Source: Bacteroidota bacterium (GTDB taxonomy: Bacteria; Bacteroidota; Bacteroidia; Flavobacteriales_D; Crocinitomicaceae). Taken from it: a DNA stretch of 31,575 nt. The stretch is from positions 1 to 31,575 of the forward strand of contig JBEEIV010000003.1 in the NCBI GenBank assembly GCA_041169645.1. Reading direction: 5' to 3'. The translations under genes and the position numbers were made by a program. Shown piece after piece: positions 25,635 through 31,575 of the stretch. The first letter of the stretch is position 1, and every line of letters begins with the position of its first letter. The notes under the pieces were generated by a model. It had not been told where the DNA came from. It worked only from the letters and a program-made list of their open reading frames with translations, and searched no databases.

Positions 25635-25994
25635 ATGAAAACTGGACTAGCGAATCAAAAATTAGATGCTATCATCGCAAATGTTGAAAAAAGTGGGGTA
25701 ACAGCCGCAAACTTGGTAGAAGATTTAAAAGCTTTGCGTGAAATGGCTTTGTTGGAGCAGGATCCATTAGTTGTGAAACTTATTCGTTTGACATATGAGT
25801 TTTTAACAGAAAACGAATGTTTTGATGTGCAGGCTCAGTATGACGAAGATGAAGAAGGAAACGAGTATCCAATTGAGATAGATGATAAGGAGAACTTATT
25901 GTACTTATTGAATTTATTGAAAAATGCAGACCATAAAATTAATCGGGAAGAAATGAAGGATTACCGTACTGCATTGAAAGGCGAATTATATTAA
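25635..25994 (+). CDS. Hypothetical helical protein with an acidic loop
   Basis: 119 aa with protein-like composition and its own promoter element. Start set at 25635 because the TTG at 25614 overlaps the -7 element. Confidence 0.8.
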   Translation: MKTGLANQKLDAIIANVEKSGVTAANLVEDLKALREMALLEQDPLVVKLIRLTYEFLTENECFDVQAQYDEDEEGNEYPIEIDDKENLLYLLNLLKNADHKINREEMKDYRTALKGELY

Positions 25995-26086
25995 TAGATC
26001 CGAGGCAACCTTTTCTTAAGGGGAAGCGTCTACTCAAAAGCCGGACAATAACGTTTGTTCAGTTTTGGTTTTATTTAACTTGCAGT

Positions 26087-26142
26087 AACCTGAAAAGATT
26101 GAAAGCGAATACGTTCCTTTTCATCTTTTCAGGTTTTTTTTT
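26087..26142 (+). terminator. Long hairpin plus T9 tract (intrinsic terminator-like)
   Basis: AACCTGAAAAGAT (26087-26099) pairs perfectly with ATCTTTTCAGGTT (26123-26135). The stem extends imperfectly to a TACG loop (26110-26113). The T-run spans 26134-26142. Confidence 0.8.
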
Positions 26143-26145
26143 GGA

Positions 26146-28938
26146 TTAACAATAGTTGCAGTAAGAGGCATCTGGCTCGTGCTCAAAAGGTTGTTCTGGA
26201 TCAAATAATTGATCCACGATTTCTGATAACACCTCCTTTACATGAGGAATCATATCTGCTAATTCCCCTTTATCAACTGTTAAATCGAAGGATTCATTGA
26301 CATTTATCAGTGAATTAATTTTGGCTTCCGAAGGCAAAAAACCATATTTTTCCTTAAAAAACATACAATACAGTGAAAGTTGGAAAGCATGCTTACATTT
26401 CACAAACGCTTTCATTTGACTTTTTGCATTGATTTTAAAGGCGACATCATCCTTCTTCACTTTCCCCGTTTTGTAATCTATGACTCGATAGGAGTCTCCA
26501 ATTCGATCGATTCGGTCAATGTATCCTTTGAAGTTTAGGGTTCTTGTTCCATTGCCCGTTTCTACTTCAATATTGGCATACATTTCTGCTTCTATTTGCT
26601 CTATGTATAGTGGTTCGCTCAGGTTTTGAATGAATTCAAGTTCCTTTTCCAGGATGTTTTTCGTTATTTCAAGTGCCATTTCGTAACTCAAGCGATTTTT
26701 CCCTGTTTTAAATAGGGAAGCATCTTGATCAAAATGATCCATAAATCCTTTGTAAATATGGTCTTTGACTTCCGACAACATCTTTAAAAGGTCTTTCTCA
26801 CGCAGGGGAGGAGGAGGGGGAGAAATAAAGTTGCCTGATTTATCCCGCTGGGCAAATGGCGTGTAGAGTAATTCTAATGTTGTATGAATGATACTACCAA
26901 ATGTATGGTTCTCGATTTCTTCTTCCACTTCTTTATCTTCTCCGAATTCTACTAAATATCGGTAATAATAATCCAAGGGGCAGATCATGTATTTATTGAT
27001 GGCAGAGGCGGACAAGGGCCTTTCTAAAAATGCATCTATCCGCGCAAGCACTTCAGGTGTTTTTTCAATGTGCGCAGCATTAGTAAAGGATTGTTCGGCA
27101 AATGGAATTTGGTAAAAATTCTTTTTCCAGCGCATGGACGGATTCGCTTTTGCTAATTCCATTTCAAGTTGCATCAAGTAGCGACTTGCTTCGTTGCTTC
27201 CAATTTGTTCTGATGAAGCTGTATAAGTAGCCACTATTTTTTCTGCATGATGTAACAAGCGGTAAAAATGATGTGCGAATAAGCCTTGTTTTTCTCTTGT
27301 AGATGGCAAATGAAAAGCAGCCCTAAGGTCCATTGGGATCATGGTGCGAATTGGATTGTTATTCGGAAGTTTACCTTCATTTAAACCAAGTATGAGGAGG
27401 TTCTTAAAATCCAACATGCGCGTTTCGAGTAAACCCATAATTTGCAGTCCATTTGTTGGATTTCCGTGAAAGGCGATGTTCGCGGTGGACCAATGCTGGT
27501 GAAGAAGTAATTTAAAACTTCTCATTTCCATCTTCGGAATACCCTCAGATAACAAGGCGTCAAATCCCCGCAGTGCTTGATCAAAAACCTGCACGGCTGT
27601 TTTTTCAAACTCATAGGTTGATCCAAAAGAATCGATGAGTATGTTATTTAATTTTCTGATTTGCGCTAAAGCAATGATCCAATCCCCTTCCCAGTCAATG
27701 GTTGCAAGTTCGAAAATGATTTTGGCCTTCGGAGGAAGGTTGAGTCGTTCAACGTTTTGAAAAACTTTATTTTTTCGGATGCTATCTTGTTCCGTAATAG
27801 TGAGCATTTTCTTTTCAGATTCTGGAATAGATGCAAGGCAAAAAACATGGTTCAAAATTCGTTGAAAGTCTTTGAAATACAATGCTTTCGTTCGAAATCT
27901 TTTTTTGTTTTCCTGAATGGTAAAAAGCAAGTCGACCCATGATTTGACCGGTGTTTGTTGTAAGGGTAGCCCGAGTGTAATGTTTGCTTTACCAACAGAA
28001 GAAGGAATGTTCTTAACCAAGGAATGAATCAATGATTCATCGGCTAATAATACCAAGGTTTCGTCAAGTTCTGCCGGACTTAATTTGGCCAATTCAGTGG
28101 CAGCCACCTTAATTTGACCAGTATGTTGCGAACATTCAATCACCGTAACATCCAAGGAATTCGTTTCCAAGCTTTTTTGTACATACTGTGGATGATTGAT
28201 CTCTAAAAAGGAAAGGTTGTTTCTCAGGAATGATCCTGCTTCGTGTTGGTCATTTAAAAGGTAATAGGAATCAGCGTCAATGATAAATTCGGCATCACCC
28301 CGCTTCATGATGTTACGAATCAATTGTAATTCAGATTTCGAAAGTGCATTGAATCCAGCGAAGATGTATTTTTTCTTGGAGTCGATAAATTCATTCGTTT
28401 GTTCCGCTATGCGACGATAAGCTTGTGCTAAGGTCAGTTGATTCCGTTCAATTAGTTTTTCCAAAAGCTTGCTGTGCAAGACAGGGATTTGTTCCCAGAA
28501 AGCCATAAATTTTAATTGCGATTCACTGTAGTTTTCTTCATCAATTTGCCAACTTTCAAGTTCTTTAATTGATTTTAAATTTTTAAAAACTTGATCTTGG
28601 TCGATCATATAACGATCGAGGTCATTAAAATCACTGATTAACGTGGAACCCCACGTGAGAAATGTTTCAAAACTTTGACCTTGACCTTCTTTGGTTTCAA
28701 TGTAACATTCGTAAAGTATAATGAGCAATCGGGTTGGATCGATTATATTCGTGAATTGCGCACGAATCCATCGGTCTATCGTCAGCATTTCCGGAGCAAT
28801 TAATGGACCATCATTGCATTTGAAAAGCGAATTCCCAAGGTATTTGACCGCTCTTTCTGAAGGTAAAATCACGACCAATTCTGCTCGATTGGGGTACTCG
28901 TTGAGTATTTTTTTTGCTAATTGATCAATGAAAGACAT
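26146..28938 (-). CDS. PD-(D/E)XK nuclease with an inactive helicase-like N-terminus (AddB/RexB-like)
   Basis: VVILPSERA, IFAGFNALS, LQIMGLLETR, SASAINKYMICP, GYIDRIDR...IDYKTG and QLSLY. Start set at the ATG at 28938. Confidence 0.85.
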   Translation of the reverse strand: MSFIDQLAKKILNEYPNRAELVVILPSERAVKYLGNSLFKCNDGPLIAPEMLTIDRWIRAQFTNIIDPTRLLIILYECYIETKEGQGQSFETFLTWGSTLISDFNDLDRYMIDQDQVFKNLKSIKELESWQIDEENYSESQLKFMAFWEQIPVLHSKLLEKLIERNQLTLAQAYRRIAEQTNEFIDSKKKYIFAGFNALSKSELQLIRNIMKRGDAEFIIDADSYYLLNDQHEAGSFLRNNLSFLEINHPQYVQKSLETNSLDVTVIECSQHTGQIKVAATELAKLSPAELDETLVLLADESLIHSLVKNIPSSVGKANITLGLPLQQTPVKSWVDLLFTIQENKKRFRTKALYFKDFQRILNHVFCLASIPESEKKMLTITEQDSIRKNKVFQNVERLNLPPKAKIIFELATIDWEGDWIIALAQIRKLNNILIDSFGSTYEFEKTAVQVFDQALRGFDALLSEGIPKMEMRSFKLLLHQHWSTANIAFHGNPTNGLQIMGLLETRMLDFKNLLILGLNEGKLPNNNPIRTMIPMDLRAAFHLPSTREKQGLFAHHFYRLLHHAEKIVATYTASSEQIGSNEASRYLMQLEMELAKANPSMRWKKNFYQIPFAEQSFTNAAHIEKTPEVLARIDAFLERPLSASAINKYMICPLDYYYRYLVEFGEDKEVEEEIENHTFGSIIHTTLELLYTPFAQRDKSGNFISPPPPPLREKDLLKMLSEVKDHIYKGFMDHFDQDASLFKTGKNRLSYEMALEITKNILEKELEFIQNLSEPLYIEQIEAEMYANIEVETGNGTRTLNFKGYIDRIDRIGDSYRVIDYKTGKVKKDDVAFKINAKSQMKAFVKCKHAFQLSLYCMFFKEKYGFLPSEAKINSLINVNESFDLTVDKGELADMIPHVKEVLSEIVDQLFDPEQPFEHEPDASYCNYC

Positions 28939-28966
28939 TCGGTTTTCCGCGTTGTTGATGTACAAA

Positions 28967-28974
28967 CGAAGTTA
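28967..28974 (-). promoter_or_regulatory. -7 element variant (TAACTTCG) for the addB-like gene
   Basis: One mismatch to the consensus, 28 nt upstream of the ATG at 28938. Confidence 0.4.
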
Positions 28975-28980
28975 AGCATT

Positions 28981-30207
28981 CTATTCAAACCAAACCTTTG
29001 TGAAAAATTGATTTGGACGATTTGAATGCATGAATTTATTGCCTCCATATGTTTTGATGACTGCAAAGAAACCTTCACCAAATTGAATTTGAACGTAATT
29101 TAATCCTTCCGGATACGTATTAGACAATCCTTCGTATACGATTCTTCCATCGTCTAAAAGTACTTCACGAATCGTTGTATTCGGTGGGGTTGCGATATAA
29201 ATCGAAGCGATTTCCTCGGGGCTAATGGTAAGATCCATTGGTAAAATCGAAATTTCGTACGTGTTGCCTTGTCCAAATTCTCGGTAGATTACCCGTGTCG
29301 TATTATCCGGTTCTTTTAACACGATGGGCTTGCCTGGAAATTTCGCGATGAGTGCTGATGCCTCATCATTAAAAAGGTATTCTTTGGCAGATCTGACCTT
29401 TAATTCATCTGCACCCGGGGTTTCGGAATGCGTCCATCGAACCAACCTAACTTTATAACCTTTAGACCGAAGAAGATTCAATATCCCACCTGATCCTCCA
29501 AGATGTCCTGCACCTACGGCACAGAAAAATGAGGTTTTGGTTTTAAGTACAGAGTCCAATTTGACCGACATACTTATATTCCTTTTCGTAATCACTTCTT
29601 CGTACAGGTTATCTTGAATGGACATGTTCGCCTTCATGAATTTATCCAAAGCTAGGAGGTCTCCTTTTAAATACAATTCAAGGAGTCTTTCCTCGGTAAA
29701 GTCATTGACAGCCTGGTCGATGAACTGTCTATTCGAAACCTGAATTTGATCGGTCAATAATTCATATTGATCGCTAATTGACTCTAAAGGAATGAATCCT
29801 TTTCCCGCATTGAGGCAATATTGTTGAAAATAGGCGTCTAGGAATTGTGGCATTCCATCTTCATCACCGTAAAAAGTTTGACTTGCTTCGTTTTCGGAAG
29901 TGTAAGGATTTCCACTTTTATCGTATAAGGTTTTGGGTAAATCCATTCGGGTATCTAACTCATTAAACAACCCGAAAATATCCGTCTCCAAAATTAATTT
30001 TTCCGTTTGATTCAAACCAACATAAATGGAGTCAGCCAATTGGAATAAGCGTTTGTCGTTGGAATGCAAGGAGCCAAAAAGGTAAGACTTTGTTTTTAGG
30101 CCATTTCCAGAAATTTCCCATAGGAGTTCCTTATCGGATTCATAGTTTTGTCCAATTGCCAGAAAGCTTGAATATAAAACCGCGAAAAGGAAGGATATTT
30201 CTTTCAT
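28981..30207 (-). CDS. TraB/GumN (Tiki-like) family protein with a C-terminal extra domain
   Basis: LLWEISGNGL...SYLFGSLH, LES...DQ, KRN and AVGAGHLGG...GILNLLRSKGYKV; signal peptide; about 135 further residues at the C-terminus. Confidence 0.88.
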   Translation of the reverse strand: MKEISFLFAVLYSSFLAIGQNYESDKELLWEISGNGLKTKSYLFGSLHSNDKRLFQLADSIYVGLNQTEKLILETDIFGLFNELDTRMDLPKTLYDKSGNPYTSENEASQTFYGDEDGMPQFLDAYFQQYCLNAGKGFIPLESISDQYELLTDQIQVSNRQFIDQAVNDFTEERLLELYLKGDLLALDKFMKANMSIQDNLYEEVITKRNISMSVKLDSVLKTKTSFFCAVGAGHLGGSGGILNLLRSKGYKVRLVRWTHSETPGADELKVRSAKEYLFNDEASALIAKFPGKPIVLKEPDNTTRVIYREFGQGNTYEISILPMDLTISPEEIASIYIATPPNTTIREVLLDDGRIVYEGLSNTYPEGLNYVQIQFGEGFFAVIKTYGGNKFMHSNRPNQFFTKVWFE

Positions 30208-30215
30208 GAATAGTT

Positions 30216-30223
30216 CAAAGTTA
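30216..30223 (-). promoter_or_regulatory. -7 promoter element (TAACTTTG) for the TraB/GumN gene
   Basis: Exact match in the 31-nt gap after the hutI stop, 8 nt before the ATG at 30207. Confidence 0.55.
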
Positions 30224-30238
30224 CATTTTTAGCGGGAA

Positions 30239-31471
30239 TCAAAGGAATATTCGTTGAATATGATCTTCTCCAAAAGCATATGCGAGGTATGCTAAGGATG
30301 GAATTTCTTTTGTCATCATGATGGGAGACCTTCTTCCTAGAGCAATTTTTCCATGACTCTCGCTTAATTCCATAGCGGCAGCGGCATTAATGGTTAATGC
30401 ATTCAGTGCTTCCTCCGGTGTTAGTTTCTGTTTCACACATGCGAGTGATAAAATTGTCATGAGGTGATAATTTGGGGAGGAACCTGGATTGAAATCGCTC
30501 GCCAAGGCTAGTGGTAAGCCTGCGGAAAGAATGCGTCGAGCATCTCCGAAAGGAATTGATAAAAAATGAGAACAGCCCGGTAGGAGTGTAGGGATCGTAG
30601 CTGAATTTTTCAAGGCGTTAAGGTCATTTTCATCGATTTCCTCCAAATGATCAACCGAGATTGCTCCAAGTTCGACCGCTTTTTGAACTCCACCCAAAAT
30701 ACTAAATTGATTTACATGCACCTTTGGTTTTAACCCAATAGCAATTCCCGCTTTTAAAATTTCTTCCATTTCTGACACGGAGAAATAATTGCGCTCGCAA
30801 AAAACATCGATGTAATCGGCGAGATTTTCCATGTGTATTGCGGGTAACATTTCGCTAACAATCAGGTCGATGTAGGCCCGTTTATTTTCTTTAAATTTTT
30901 CTGGATAGGCGTGTGCTCCCAAAAAGGTTGCTTTTATCGCGATAGGCATGGCTGCTTTCAGTCGTTTTATTACCCGAAGCATTTTTAATTCACCTTCGAG
31001 TGATAGCCCATACCCGGATTTTATTTCCAAAGCTCCGGTTCCGGATTGAATGATTTTTTCCACTCTTTTTTTGGCGGCTTCGAAAACTTCATCTTCCGAA
31101 AGTTCTGCTAATTTTCTTGCGGAATTTAAAATCCCACCACCTTTCGCTGCAATCTCCTCATAACTCAAACCATGGATGCGATCCACGAATTCTTCTTCAC
31201 GTGTCTTGGCAAAAACGGCGTGCGTATGTGAATCGATAAACGCGGGAAGAACAAAACATCCTTCTGCATCAACCACCTCAACATCGCGCCAATCTAGGAT
31301 TCCTTCCCAGTCCATCATCGATCCATAGCCAATGACCTCGCTATCTTCAAGCGCCAAATAGGCATTTTCAATCAAGTCGAGTTGCTTCATTTCTAATCCT
31401 TTACGCACCGATGGTATGTCTTCCCCAGCTTGCACTAGTCCTTTGATGTTTTTGATCAGAATTTTAGCCAT
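30239..31471 (-). CDS. hutI: Imidazolonepropionase
   Basis: PAFIDSHTH, GGGIL, EIKSGYGL, FLGAH, DVFCE, VDHLE and ASDFNPGSSP. Start set at the ATG at 31471. Confidence 0.95.
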   Translation of the reverse strand: MAKILIKNIKGLVQAGEDIPSVRKGLEMKQLDLIENAYLALEDSEVIGYGSMMDWEGILDWRDVEVVDAEGCFVLPAFIDSHTHAVFAKTREEEFVDRIHGLSYEEIAAKGGGILNSARKLAELSEDEVFEAAKKRVEKIIQSGTGALEIKSGYGLSLEGELKMLRVIKRLKAAMPIAIKATFLGAHAYPEKFKENKRAYIDLIVSEMLPAIHMENLADYIDVFCERNYFSVSEMEEILKAGIAIGLKPKVHVNQFSILGGVQKAVELGAISVDHLEEIDENDLNALKNSATIPTLLPGCSHFLSIPFGDARRILSAGLPLALASDFNPGSSPNYHLMTILSLACVKQKLTPEEALNALTINAAAAMELSESHGKIALGRRSPIMMTKEIPSLAYLAYAFGEDHIQRIFL

Positions 31472-31486
31472 ATGATGATTTTGATA

Positions 31487-31494
31487 TAAAGATA
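31487..31494 (-). promoter_or_regulatory. -7 element variant (TATCTTTA) for hutI
   Basis: One mismatch to the consensus, 15 nt upstream of the ATG at 31471. Confidence 0.35.
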
Positions 31495-31558
31495 AGGGCT
31501 TCATTCATTCCCTTGAAAAATCGAAGTGAATTTTGTATATTTAAGTAGAAATTAAGCT

Positions 31559-31575
31559 ATGACAAAAGAAGCGTT
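31559..31575 (+). CDS. Possible start of a divergent gene running off the window (MTKEA...)
   Basis: The ATG is preceded by the -7-like sequences GAATTTTG (31528-31535) and TATATTTA (31536-31543). Only 5 codons are visible. Confidence 0.3.

Noticed and set aside
25995-26060. c-di-GMP-I riboswitch or SRP RNA match
   Set aside because: Only loose word similarity (GGCAACC, AAAGCC). The required GAAA/receptor architecture and the SRP CAGG...GGAA...GCAG motif are absent.
26806-26820. G-rich tract as a phase-variation or G4 site
   Set aside because: It encodes a poly-Pro linker (PPPPP) in frame and the runs are short.
28981-30207. Conjugation gene (TraB)
   Set aside because: TraB/GumN is a Tiki-like hydrolase family. 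No relaxase, T4SS or integrase genes are present.
30239-31471. hutI separated from the other hut genes
   Set aside because: Scattered hut genes are not unusual, and the window ends about 100 nt upstream, so the context cannot be judged.
1-31575. Genomic island, prophage or defence locus
   Set aside because: No integrase, transposase, phage or defence genes, no tRNA attachment site, no obvious compositional shift by eye, and host-type promoters throughout.

Overview
Gene-dense core-genome window of a Bacteroidota bacterium, most likely Flavobacteriales. This is inferred from T9SS sorting domains, a PorP/SprF gene, TAnnTTTG-type -7 promoters and AT-rich translation starts. It holds 27 well-supported CDSs (the first is 5'-truncated) plus a possible gene start at the right edge. 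Housekeeping genes: fbp, mfd, yicC-gmk-nadD, rsmA, hutI and an AddB-like nuclease. Envelope genes: exbB-exbD-tonB-like, a MotB/OmpA coiled-coil lipoprotein, a TMTC-like GT-C/TPR protein, two YceI proteins and a LysE translocator. There are three T9SS cargo proteins (two type-B CTD, one type-A CTD). I see no tRNA, rRNA, CRISPR array, transposase, integrase, prophage or defence genes. I cannot demonstrate a new system from sequence alone. The best candidates for undescribed biology are: (1) a yceI-yceI-4TM operon whose membrane protein has a predicted periplasmic CxxC and a Met/His motif; (2) a TMTC-like putative O-mannosyltransferase co-transcribed with a long coiled-coil peptidoglycan-binding lipoprotein; (3) an atypical TonB-like transducer; (4) a structured intergenic element at about 26.0-26.14 kb. 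All family assignments come from recognising motifs by eye, not from database searches.
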